Part shown: in pieces, positions 38,801 through 40,747 of the stretch
Position numbering within the stretch: position 1 is the stretch's first letter
Layout of the letters: every line of letters starts with the position of its first letter
DNA from: Thermodesulfobacteriota bacterium
GTDB lineage: Bacteria; Desulfobacterota_D; UBA1144; Nemesobacterales; Mycalebacteriaceae
Assembly: GCA_965205855.1 (NCBI GenBank)
Contig: OZ242184.1
Location: 448,001-512,000, forward strand
Length of the DNA: 64,000 nt
Direction of reading: 5' to 3'
The notes under the pieces: model-generated
What the model was told of the DNA's origin: nothing
Seen by the model: only the letters and a program-made list of their open reading frames with translations
Database searches by the model: none
Made by a program: the position numbers and the translations under genes

Positions 38801-40619
38801 CTCAAACTCCGACAACCCGCTGCCGACAGGGATCACCCTCGGCACCACCAGCGCCCAGGCAACCATCCAGGCCAATGGCGTGGCGGTAGTGTCGATTGAA
38901 GGCCCTGAAAACCCGGTGTCCGAAGGCGAGACCGCCACCTTTACGGTGACGCTGTCGGACTTTCCCGTGACAAGGATGGTAATGGGCTACGCCACCTTGA
39001 TTGCGGCAGATGACACGGCGACAGCCGATGACTTCACGGCGACGGATGGCATGCTGGTCTTCGATGCCGGCACGACGACCCTGACGTTCACGGTCCTCGT
39101 GACGGAAGATGACCTGGCCGAGAGCACAGAAACCTTCACGGTGACCTTGAGTCCACCCAACACGGGTCTGCCGACGGGCTTCAGACTGGGCACGGCGAGC
39201 GCGCGGGCGACCATCGCGGCGAGCGGTACTGAAGACCTGGATCGTGATGGCAGGAAAACGTTGTTGACGCACCTCACGATTGTTCAGAGCGATCTGGTGA
39301 TAAGTACGGTACAGAACCACCTGAGGGCGCTGGACGGAGGCAACCGTGTGAGCGTTCCACGACATGCGGTTGTAGAGACAGAGGGAGAAGGCAAATACGT
39401 TGAATACGAGAACGTCCGTGAGATGCTGTCTCATCTGGAGTTTGATCTTTCCCTGAACAGTCTGATGGGGTCGAATGAGGAGTGGCGCAAGACCGGTATT
39501 TCGTCCGCCGGTTTAGAGGGTTCGACTGATTTGTCATCGCCGCGGACACTTACCCTGTGGGGAGGAGGAGGCGAGACGCGTCTGGACAACGATTACAATA
39601 CATCCGGTGACGACAATCGCTATGACGGTCGTGTGTGGTCTTACAACACAGGTTTGGATTACCGTCCCTCGGAGTCTTTGACCTTGGGTGCGGCAGTGGG
39701 TTATCTGGACAGTGAACTGACGACCACCTACAACGAAGGCACCTATGATGAGAAGATGGTATCGGTGTCACCGTACCTGCTGTATGAGAGTCCGTGGGGT
39801 CTGGATATATCCCTGTTTGGGGGCTACGGAATAGGAGATGTTGACCTGACGGGGACGTTTGGGCAGGCGAGCACGCCGTTCGCGGCCTCTGCCGACAGTA
39901 ATCTGTTATTTGGCGCGGTGCGTGTGTCGGGTGCGATGAAGTTTTTGGATAACAGTTTGGAAGTGGTACCGAATGTGAGTCTGCTCGGCAGTCGCAAGAG
40001 GCTGGAGGGATATACGGACAGCAGCAACCGTGAGATTGGTGAGACCACGGCGTCAGTGCTTCGCCTGACTCCGGGTTTTGAGGTGAGTTACCGTGTGAAG
40101 TTTTCAGGAGTAACGTTGAGGCCGTTTGCGAGCGGAGGTTTGATATTTGATTTATTAGATACGGTGAATGATGACGATATGACTTACAGTGTTGGCGGTG
40201 GAATGCGTTTTGAAACCGAGGTGGGTTTGAGCGGTTCTGTGGAGGGTCAGCGTGAGCTGGGTCGTGAAGCGGTAGAGCAACGGCGCTTTGTGGGCGCGTT
40301 GTCTTACGGTATTGCTGTGGGCAGGAATGGGAGAGCGGGGACTGTGACGCCGTCTGTAGGTATTAATCACGCATCCGGGGATGATGTGTCTGCAGAGGGA
40401 TTGTCACAGGCATACGTGCTGGAATACACCACGAGAGGTGGAGGCCACAGTATTAGTTTTGAGCATGACAGGTCGGAAGAGGAGGGAGCGCGTTCCGGTC
40501 TGGGTTATCGTTACGGAGCAGAGATTATGCCGGGATTGAACTTGGAGGCAACAGTGTCGTCCCCGAATGTTGAAAAACGTGAGGTTAAGGGATTTGTTGG
40601 CATGAAACTCCGGTTTTAA
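8877..40619 (+). CDS. Giant (10,580 aa) autotransporter-type surface adhesin
   Basis: GAGGAG RBS and a Sec signal peptide (MLKLLIFTLLGMVAAHAVGA). Domains in order: 10 divergent cadherin-like, several TYQW-type Ig, Calx-beta, about 70 putative-Ig (He_PIG/CADG-like), 9 cadherin-like 108-aa units, PKD-like, Calx-beta, a helical linker and an amphipathic beta-barrel ending in ...VGMKLRF. Confidence 0.93.
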   Translation: MLKLLIFTLLGMVAAHAVGAEEAAPPVVPQYEVPAARTAAAQSAGNPGAGLSTTGKFAALELRITDGPQSLPVSGMFNNPGGGSLIYTAVSSEATVATVSITASLLTITPLAAGTTDITITARDDAADLEVTQTFRVTAISLISPGASIPNQQLTSSGGPQTLDLSDYISDPQGNPLSFTASSNNLTAATVGVDGNILTITPLAPGTSTIAITVRNSPFDAGVTLDFQVQVINFSPTSSGIPDQQLVFAGPTKLLDLNDYFSDTEGDELRYSDAVSSNQAVATVFKGDPTNFLFIIPTPNGVLGTTDISVTANDRFGGTLTQVFQVETTNQAPISCCTFTTSAATVAGGPDTIDLDDFFSDPDASSIPDHALIYTAVSDNTAVATASINGNILTITPVKRGTASVTVTASDGFAEASLQILTIVNPSNPFSADGIPDQGLALSGDRSARTLNLNNYFSDPDGDNLEYTWILQPRGTQPVTNVSLSGSMLSISTRGAKRGSDAITITASKRAGSLTKTSLPSSFNVVVDPAEPRRTSPTIGGPSSRLSLHSPQTFNLDDYFESPSALSYTAASVDSGTVKVRIDGSMLTVTPVRPSTRDTRIIINATNQLGSLIVYVFDVRVPNMAPITRGGNLAFRFTDTDQISFSNHSLYFTDPDGDPLSYTTRSNGTNIVSVSISPTTGNTLLHAEGVGNATISVTASDPLGASVTRVFPASVSGTAPRVTAPILEGPNRRFLLQRSGTDPDNQVRLDLSDYFSDADGGQPIYTVAQNPSFFVNSSLSGNRFLTITPTDKTGITTITVTATDRIISNLKATQTFGVAVVNGNPVRNDTPFEPEVTLSLGPQTLNLDNYFSDPNDDSISYEMESIESDYATVRTDRIGRADNLIITPLKRGGPVRFTITARDPFGGTSTHELAFEVGNAAPVRMGGVPALVMNHGDGPQKLVNIDSKFFDHDGDDLTYTATPSGAGGNSVATVDVDGDILTITPLARGRVDFDIFASDGHRTSGGGLILSRPHTLSLNVKAAPTIAGTPALTVDEDSPYSFTPNGADADGDPLIYAIVNKPPWADFDIATGALTGTPLHEHVGTTTGIVISVSEPSGAEASLPAFDITVIDVNNAPEGRPVITGLLAPGQLLTATTDTIGDEDGLGAFSYQWNTNDGDTDTAISGADSNTYTPTGTDVGKSITVTVSYTDGEDTLERVTSEPVTIGGAIITGIAREDEPLTVDASSIDDENGLNRRRFLYVWLARGSSGLPTPIYTTEEEGNSYTLTQSEVGKHIYVVVNLLSDDSSLLQVFSNEIGPVENVNDAPTGKVIVSGVPMEDVRLTATVDAPRDEIGDEDGLGAFSYQWNTNDGDTDTAISGADSNTYTPTEADVGKLITVTVSYTDGQGTPENLTSETVGPIRPEVTVSLSGPENPVTEGDPATFTVTLSDSFEEGNEIGSVLALVVNYATSVAAGDTAAATDFTATSGMLTFAAGTTELSQTFDVPVATDNLVEGDETFTATLSANADPLPAGFSLGTTTAQATIAANAGTVSIAGPENPVNEGEDATFTVTLSGTPTADIVVVDYAIAAGTAFASDFGAPSGSGTLTFPAGVTGDDLSQTFSVPVTDDKLTEVAQTFTATLSANAASPLPTVFSLGTATATATIAASDAATVSISGGGSVNEGEDATFTVTLSNPRPSTAGRVSVEYFIVAGGTATEGTDFTVPGPFSRVLIFVVPVGEDDLTQTFTVPVADDGLVEGAETFIVGLRATPVDPLPANATVDTATATVTIQASDPATLSIADADPVAEGDPAIFTVTLSGGSPGSDVVVNYTASVAAGDTAEAADFTAPANDAALTFTAGVSGNDLTQDISVPTTDDNETEQVETFTVTLRAPNAGFPAGITLNSSATSAQATIKASDNDPPTISGTPATSVAEDSAYSFTPTGEDADGDTLTFAITNMPSWASFDIVTGALTGTPANADVGDYEDIVISVTDGIIVTPVALAAFDIEVTNTNDAPTISGTPATSVAEDSAYSFTPTSEDADGDPLTWAISNIPSWASFDIATGALTGTPVNADVGNHAGIVISVTDGIITTPVALPAFAIAVTNTNDAPTLSGTPATTVAEDSAYSFTPTGADDDGDTLTYAITNMPSWASFSTTTGALTGTPANADVGDYEGIVISVTDGIIATPVALPAFDIAVTNTNDAPTISGTPATSVAEDSAYNFTPSGEDADGDSLTFAITNMPSWASFDTATGALTGTPANEHVGDYEDIVISVTDGIIATPVELPAFAIEVTNTNDAPTLSGTPATSVAEDSAYSFTPTGEDADGDTLVYAITNMPSWASFSTTTGALTGTPANADVGNHEDIVISVTDGIIATPVALPAFDIAVTNTNDAPTISGTPATSVAEDSAYSFTPSGADDDGDRLTFAITNMPSWASFDTTTGALTGTPANEHVGDYEDIVISVTDGIIATPVELPAFAIEVTNTNDAPTLSGTPATSVAEDSAYSFTPTGADDDGDTLTYTITNLPAWAAFSTTTGALTGTPANADVGNHAGIVISVTDGIIATPVALPAFNIAVTNTNDAPTLSGTPATSVAEDSAYNFTPSGEDADGDSLTFAITNMPSWASFDTATGALTGTPANADVGNYEDIVISVTDGIIATPVALPAFDIAVTNTNDAPTLSGTPATSVAEDSAYSFTPSGEDADGDRLTFAITNIPSWASFDTTTGALTGTPANADVGTTTDIVISVTDGIIATPVALAAFDIAVTNTNDPPTLSGTPATSVAEDSAYSFMPSAEDDDGDTLTFAITNMPSWASFSTTTGALTGTPANADVGNYEDIVISVTDGIIATPVALPAFDIAVTNTNDAPTISGTPATSVAEDSAYSFTPSAEDADGDPLTWAITNQPPWASFSTTTGALTGTPANEHVGDYDGIVISVTDGIITTPVALPAFAIAVTNTNDAPTSSGLAVTTQEDTAHSFTAGEFTFADVDGDALHSLRIDTLPATGTLTLDGAAVIAGQVIPAAGIATLVYTPAANATGDVSFSFSLSDGTAFGATATATVSITAENDAPTSSGLTVTTKEDTAHSFTAGEFTFADADGDDLHSLRIDTLPATGSLTLDGAAVIAGQVIPAAGIGTLVYTPAANATGDVSFTFSLSDGTAFSATATATVSITAVNDAPTTSGLAVSTDEDTAHSFAAGEFNFADVDGDALDSLRIDTLPGSGSLTLDGTAVTAGDVIVAAGIANLVYTPAANATGDVSFTFSLNDGTAFGATATATVSIGAVNDAPTLSGTPATSVAEDSAYNFTPSGEDADGDPLTWAISNIPSWASFDIATGALTGTPTNEHVGDYEDIVISVTDGIIATPVALPAFDIAVTNTNDAPTLSGTPATSVAEDSAYSFTPTGADDDGDTLTWVITNMPSWATFSTTTGALTGTPSNEHVGDYANIVISVTDGIIATPVELPGFAIAVTNTNDVPTLSGTPDTSVAEDSAYSFTPTGADDDGDTLVYAITNMPAWASFSTTTGALTGTPANADVGAHEGIVISVTDGIIATPVALPAFAIAVTNTNDAPTLSGTPDTSVAEDSAYSFTPTGEDADGDPLEYTITNMPSWASFSTTTGALTGTPDNDDVGDYEDIVISVTDGIIATPVALPAFAIEVTNTNDAPTLSGTPATSVAEDSAYSFTPSGEDVDGDTLTYAITNLPSWASFSTTTGALTGTPVNADVGDYAGIVISVTDGIIATPVELAAFDIAVTNTNDAPTISGTPAISVAEDSAYSFTPTGADDDGDTLTFAITNMPSWASFSTTTGALTGTPVNADVGDYEDIVISVTDGIITTPVALPAFDIAVTNTNDAPTSIGLTVSTEEDTAHSFAAGEFNFADVDGDDLDSLRIDTLPATGTLTLDGTAVTAGDVIPAAGIANLVYTPATNATGDVTFTFSLNDGTAFGATATATVSIGAVNDPPTTSGLTVSTQEDTAHSFAAGEFNFADVDGDDLDSLRIDTLPATGTLTLDGTAVTAGDVIPAAGIANLVYTPATNATGDVTFTFSLSDGTAFGATATATVSIGAVNDAPTLSGTPATSVAEDSAYSFTPSGEDADGDTLEYAITNMPSWASFSTTTGALTGTPTNADVGDHADIVISVTDGIIATPVELAAFDIAVTNTNDAPTISGTPTTSVAEDSAYSFTPSGADDDGDTLTFAITNMPSWASFSTATGALTGTPVNADVGDYEDIVISVTDGIIATPVALPAFAIAVTNTNDAPTLSGTPATSVAEDSAYSFTPSGEDVDVGDRLTFAITNLPSWASFDTATGALTGTPVNADVGDYEDIVISVTDGIIATPVALPAFDIAVTNTNDAPTLSGTPATSVAEDSAYSFTPSGEDDDGDRLTFAITNLPSWASFSTTTGALTGTPVNADVGDYEDIVISVTDGIIATPVALPAFDIAVTNTNDAPTLSGTPATSVAEDSAYSFTPTGEDDDGDRLTFAITNLPSWASFSTTTGALTGTPANADVGDYADIVISVTDGIIATPVALPAFAIEVTNTNDAPTLSGTPATTVAEDSAYSFTPSGEDDDGDPLTWAITNIPSWATFDETSGVLTGTPANADVGNHEDIVISVTDGIIATPVALPAFAIEVTNTNDAPTLSGTPATTVAEDSAYSFTPSGEDADGDPLTFAITNMPSWASFSTTTGALTGTPVNDDVGEYAGIVISVSDGIITTPVELPAFAIAVTNTNDPPTLSGTPATSVAEDSAYSFTPTGADDDGDTLTYTITNLPAWAAFSTTTGALTGTPANADVGDYEGIVISVTDGIIATPVGLAAFDIAVTNTNDAPTISGTPATSVAEDSAYSFTPSGADADGDPLTFAITNIPSWASFDTTTGALTGTPANADVGDYEDIVISVTDGIIATPVALPAFAIAVTNTNDAPTLSGTPATSVAEDSAYSFTPTGEDDDGDTLTWAISNKPDWANFNTTTGALTGTPVNADVGTTTDIVISVTDGIITTPVALPAFDIAVTNTNDAPTISGTPATSVAEDSAYNFTPSGEDADGDPLTWAISNIPSWASFDIATGALTGTPTNEHVGDYEDIVISVTDGIIATPVELPVFAIEVTNTNDAPTLSGTPATSVAEDSAYSFTPSGEDADGDTLTWAISNKPDWANFNTTTGALTGTPVNADVGTTTDIVISVTDGIITTPVALPAFDIAVTNINDAPTLSGTPATSVAEDSAYSFTPTGADDDGDTLEYAITNMPSWATFSTTTGALTGTPANADVGDYAGIVISVTDGIIATPVELAAFDIAVTNTNDAPIISGTPATSVAEDSAYSFTPTGEDDDGDPLTWAISNQPPWAAFSITTGALTGTPDNDDVGDYEDIVISVTDGIATPVALPAFDIAVTNTNDAPTLSGTPATSVAEDSAYSFTPSGADDDDDTLEYAITNMPSWATFDTTTGALTGTPANADVGNHEDIVISVTDGIIATPVALPAFDIEVTNTNDAPTLSGTPATSVAEDSAYSFTPTGEDDDGDRLTFAITNLPSWASFSTTTGALTGTPANADVGNHEDIVISVTDGIIATPVALPAFDIEVTNTNDAPTLSGTPATSVAEDSAYSFTPTGEDDDGDRLTFAITNLPSWASFSTATGALTGTPANADVGNHEDIVISVTDGIIATPVALPAFDIAVTNTNDAPTISGTPDTSVAEDSAYSFTPTGADDDGDTLTFAITNLPSWASFSTTTGALTGTPANADVGNYEGIVISVTDGIITTPVALPAFDIAVTNTNDAPTISGTPATSVAEDSAYSFTPTGEDDDGDRLTFAITNLPSWASFSTTTGALTGTPVNADVGDYEDIVISVTDGIIATPVALAAFDIAVTNTNDAPTLSGTPATSVAEDSAYSFTPSGEDDDGDRLTFAITNLPSWANFSTTTGALTGTPANADVGDYEGIVISVTDGIITTPVALAAFAIAVTNTNDAPTLSGTPATSVAEDSAYSFTPSGEDDDGDRLTFAITNLPSWANFSTTTGALTGTPANADVGDYEGIVISVTDGIITTPVALAAFAIAVTNTNDAPTLSGTPATSVAEDSAYSFTPTGADDDGDTLVYAITNMPSWASFSTTTGALTGTPANADVGTTTDIVITVRDRDTGGLSASLPAFSIEVTNTNDAPTLSGTPATSVAEDSAYSFTPSGEDVDVGNTLTFAITNLPSWASFDTATGALTGTPVNADVGDYEDIVISVTDGIIATPVALPAFDIAVTNTNDAPTLSGTPATSVAEDSAYSFTPSGEDDDGDRLTFAITNLPSWASFSTTTGALTGTPANEHVGDYEDIVISVTDGIIATPVALPAFDIAVTNTNDAPTLSGTPATSVAEDSAYSFTPSGADDDDDTLEYAITNMPSWASFSTTTGALTGTPVNADVGDYADIVISVTDGIIATPVALPAFAIEVTNTNDAPTLSGTPATTVAEDSAYSFTPSGEDDDGDPLTWAITNIPSWATFDETSGVLTGTPANADVGNHEDIVISVTDGIIATPVALPAFAIEVTNTNDAPTLSGTPATTVAEDSAYSFTPSGEDADGDPLTFAITNMPSWASFSTTTGALTGTPANADVGNHEDIVISVTDGIIATPVELPAFAIAVTNTNDAPTLSGTPATTVAEDSAYSFTPSGEDADGDPLTFAITNMPSWASFSTTTGALTGTPVNADVGDYEDIVISVTDGIIATPVALPAFDIAVTNTNDAPTLSGTPATSVAEDSAYSFTPSGADDDGDTLTFAITNMPPWASFDTTTGALTGTPANEHVGDYEGIVISVTDGIIATPVALASFDIAVTNTNDAPTISGTPATTVAEDSAYSFTPSGADDDGDTLTFAITNMPPWASFDTTTGALTGTPANEHVGDYEGIVISVTDGIIATPVALASFDIAVTNTNDAPTLSGTPATSVAEDSAYSFTPSAEDADGDPLTFAITNMPPWASFDTTTGALTGTPANEHVGDYENIVINVTDGIIATPVALPAFDIAVTNTNDAPTISGTPATSVAEDSAYSFTPSGEDADGDPLTFAITNMPSWASFSTTTGALTGTPVNDDVGEYAGIVISVSDGIITTPVELPAFAIAVTNTNDPPTLSGTPATSVAEDSAYSFTPTGADDDGDTLTYTITNLPAWAAFSTTTGALTGTPANADVGDYEGIVISVTDGIIATPVGLAAFDIAVTNTNDAPTLSGTPATSVAEDSAYSFTPSGEDADGDPLTFAITNMPSWASFSTTTGALTGTPDNEHVGDYDGIVISVTDGIIATPVALPAFDIAVTNTNDAPTLSGTPATSVAEDSAYSFTPSGADDDGDTLTFAITNLPSWASFSTATGALTGTPVNEHVGDYADIVISVTDGIIATPVALPAFDIAVTNTNDAPTLSGTPATSVAEDSAYSFTPSGADDDGDTLTWAITNMPPWASFDTTTGALTGTPANEHVGDYEGIVISVTDGIIATPVALPAFDIAVTNTNDAPTISGTPATSVAEDSAYSFTPSGEDADGDPLEYAITNMPPWASFDTTTGALTGTPVNADVGDYENIVISVTDGIIATPVALASFDIAVTNTNDAPTISGTPATTVAEDSAYSFTPTGADDDGDKLTYAITNMPSWASFSTTTGALTGTPVNADVGDHENIVISVTDGIIATPVALASFDIAVTNTNDAPTISGTPATSVAEDSAYSFTPTGADDDGDKLTYAITNMPSWASFSTTTGALTGTPVNADVGDHENIVISVTDGIIATPVALASFDIAVTNTNDAPTISGTPATSVAEDSAYSFTPTGADDDGDKLTYAITNMPSWASFSTTTGALTGTPVNADVGDHENIVISVTDGIIATPVALASFDIAVTNTNDAPTISGTPATTVAEDSAYSFTPTGADDDGDKLTYAITNMPSWASFSTTTGALTGTPVNADVGDYEDIVISVTDGIIATPVALPAFAIEVTNTNDAPTISGTPATTVAEDSAYNFTPTGEDADGDTLTWAISNKPDWANFSTTTGALTGTPDNDDVGDYAGIVISVTDGIITTPVALPAFDIAVTNTNDPPTLSGTPATSVAEDSAYSFTPTGEDADGDRLTFAITNMPSWASFDTTTGALTGTPVNADVGDYEDIVISVTDGSIATPVALPAFAIAVTNTNDAPTLSGTPATTVAEDSAYSFTPTGEDVDVGDTLVYAITNLPSWASFSTTTGALTGTPVNADVGDHENIVISVTDGIIATPVALASFDIAVTNTNDAPTISGPPAISVAEDSAYSFTPSAEDADGDRLTFAITNMPPWAAFSTTTGALTGTPANEHVGDHEDIVISVTDGIIATPVALPAFAIEVTNTNDAPTSIGLTVSTEEDTAHSFAAGEFNFADVDGDALHSLRIDTLPGSGSLTLDGAAVTAGDVIPAAGVANLVYTPAANATGDVSFTFSLSDGTAFGATATATVTIGAVNDPPTSIGLTVSTEEDTAHSFAAGEFNFADVDGDALHSLRIDTLPATGSLTLDGTAVTAGDVIVAAGIANLVYTPATNATGDVTFTFSLNDGTAFGATATATVSIGAVNDAPTLSGTPATSVAEDSAYSFTPSGEDADGDRLTWAISNKPDWANFSTATGALTGTPTNEHVGAHEDIVISVTDGIIATPVALPDFDIAVTNTNDAPTLSGTPATSVAEDSAYSFTPTAEDADGDTLTWAISNQPDWANFSTTTGALTGTPANADVGDYADIVISVTDGIIATPVALPAFDIAVTNTNDAPTLSGTPATSVAEDSAYSFTPSGEDADGDRLTWAISNKPDWANFSTTTGALTGTPVNADVGDHEGIVISVTDGIIATPVALAAFAIAVTNTNDAPTLSGTPATSVAEDSAYSFTPTGADDDGDTLTFAITNMPSWASFSTTTGALTGTPANADVGDYEGIVISVTDGIIATPVALPAFAIAVTNTNDAPTISGTPATSVAEDSAYSFTPSGEDADGDRLTWAISNKPDWANFSTTTGALTGTPANADVGNHEGIVISVTDGIITTPVALPAFDIAVTNTNDAPTISGTPATSVAEDSAYSFTPTAEDADGDRLTWAITNMPLWASFDTTTGALTGTPVNADVGDYEDIVISVTDGIIATPVALAAFDIAVTNTNDPPTLSGTPATSVAEDSAYSFTPTGEDDDGDTLVYAITNMPLWASFDTTTGALTGTPANEHVGNHENIVISVTDGIIATPVALPAFAIAVTNTNDAPTSSGLTVSTQEDTAHSFRLGEFTFADADGDDLDSLRIDTLPATGSLTLNGTAVTAGQLIPAAGISNLVYTPAADATGDVTFTFSLSDGTAFSATATATVTIGAVNDAPTSSGLAVSTQEDTAHSFAAGEFNFADVDGDDLDSLRIDTLPGSGNLTLDGNVVTAGDVIPAAGIGTLVYTPPADTTGEVSFTFSLSDGTAFSEPPATATVTITSRATAGDNNAPIAIAIAIPNPASEGATVTLDGSGSSDPEGDDLTYIWRQIDGQTVDLDDDTAAITTFIAPSELVENAELKFDFKVNDGVSDSAGNALVVTVIAGDNDPPTADAGDDQIVEKGATVTLDGSGSSDPEGATLSYVWSQTQGADVTLNDASAQSPTFTVPDTIATGDGILVFSLTVTEAGAGGLSSTADSVEIHIRPLFRDTVSNQTYIRGVAIAALELPTALGRNKTYALVRTGSVPALPTGLTFDAGTRTLSGTPTISGTFDLIYTVTDGEGRTDTLEFAISIAIPATVSISGPGSNVAEGADATFTVTLSASPGDAVVVDYATVAGTATANDDFEETSGTLTFAANTTTLTQSFNVKVLPDAQVEGDESFTATLSANTSSPLPAGFTLGTATATATIEAAGSATVSISGGGNVAEDDDATFTVTLSASPGAEVVVDYATAAGTATADDFTAASGTLTFAAGATGDDLTQTFDVKVLPDEQVEGDESFTATLNTNTLPTGFSLGTQTATATIAGAGSGTVSISGGGNVSEDDNATFTVTLSASPGGAVVVDYATVAGTATANDDFTAANGTLTFAAGATGDDLTQSFDVKVLPDGLVEGDESFTVRLSSNSDNPLPTGITLGTTSAQATIQANGVAVVSIEGPENPVSEGETATFTVTLSDFPVTRMVMGYATLIAADDTATADDFTATDGMLVFDAGTTTLTFTVLVTEDDLAESTETFTVTLSPPNTGLPTGFRLGTASARATIAASGTEDLDRDGRKTLLTHLTIVQSDLVISTVQNHLRALDGGNRVSVPRHAVVETEGEGKYVEYENVREMLSHLEFDLSLNSLMGSNEEWRKTGISSAGLEGSTDLSSPRTLTLWGGGGETRLDNDYNTSGDDNRYDGRVWSYNTGLDYRPSESLTLGAAVGYLDSELTTTYNEGTYDEKMVSVSPYLLYESPWGLDISLFGGYGIGDVDLTGTFGQASTPFAASADSNLLFGAVRVSGAMKFLDNSLEVVPNVSLLGSRKRLEGYTDSSNREIGETTASVLRLTPGFEVSYRVKFSGVTLRPFASGGLIFDLLDTVNDDDMTYSVGGGMRFETEVGLSGSVEGQRELGREAVEQRRFVGALSYGIAVGRNGRAGTVTPSVGINHASGDDVSAEGLSQAYVLEYTTRGGGHSISFEHDRSEEEGARSGLGYRYGAEIMPGLNLEATVSSPNVEKREVKGFVGMKLRF
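9050..11940 (+). repeat. Ten highly diverged cadherin-like domains (N-terminal region of giant protein 1)
   Basis: The LDLxDYFSDPDGDxLxYT...VATVxxxGxxLTITP...GTxxITVTAxD pattern recurs at a ~95-aa period with low DNA identity between copies. Confidence 0.8.
13080..14570 (+). repeat. Four Calx-beta-like domains
   Basis: VxEGxxATFTVTLS...VxY...GTA...DF...GxLTF...DxxxExxETF pattern. A second set of four lies at about 37830-39230. Confidence 0.8.
14570..36955 (+). repeat. Tandem array of about 69 near-identical 282-bp (94 aa) Ig repeats in blocks of 11, 6, 45 and 7, punctuated by 324-bp (108 aa) cadherin-like units in blocks of 3, 2, 2 and 2
   Basis: Main unit NDAPT(L/I)SGTPATSVAEDSAYSFTP..DxDGDxL..I.NxPxWAxFxTxTGALTGTPxNxxVG....IVISVTDGIIxTPVxLxAFxIxVTNT. 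Second unit PTSSGLxVxTxEDTAHSF..GEF.FADVDGDxL.SLRIDTLP. Counts come from coordinate spacing. Confidence 0.93.
39540..40619 (+). other. Outer-membrane beta-barrel (autotransporter-like) translocator domain
   Basis: TLWGGGG, GLDYRPSESLTLGAAVGY, VSVSPY, LEVVP, LRPF strands with alternating hydrophobicity and a terminal Phe (BamA signal). Confidence 0.85.
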
Positions 40620-40667
40620 AACCAAGGCGTTTTCCCGTCTTGCTGTCGTAAGAGAATGACTTTGTAG

Positions 40668-40696
40668 TTGTGGGTTTTCCCAAAGAAGAATAGAAT
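40668..40696 (+). promoter_or_regulatory. Candidate sigma70 promoter for giant gene 2 (TTGTGG-N17-TAGAAT)
   Basis: Motif pair with exact 17-bp spacing in the AT-rich intergenic region. No obvious terminator follows giant gene 1. Confidence 0.4.
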
Positions 40697-40747
40697 AATT
40701 TTTTCAAATAAATTATGCTTGTCAAAGGCCGACATATTAGTGACTTC

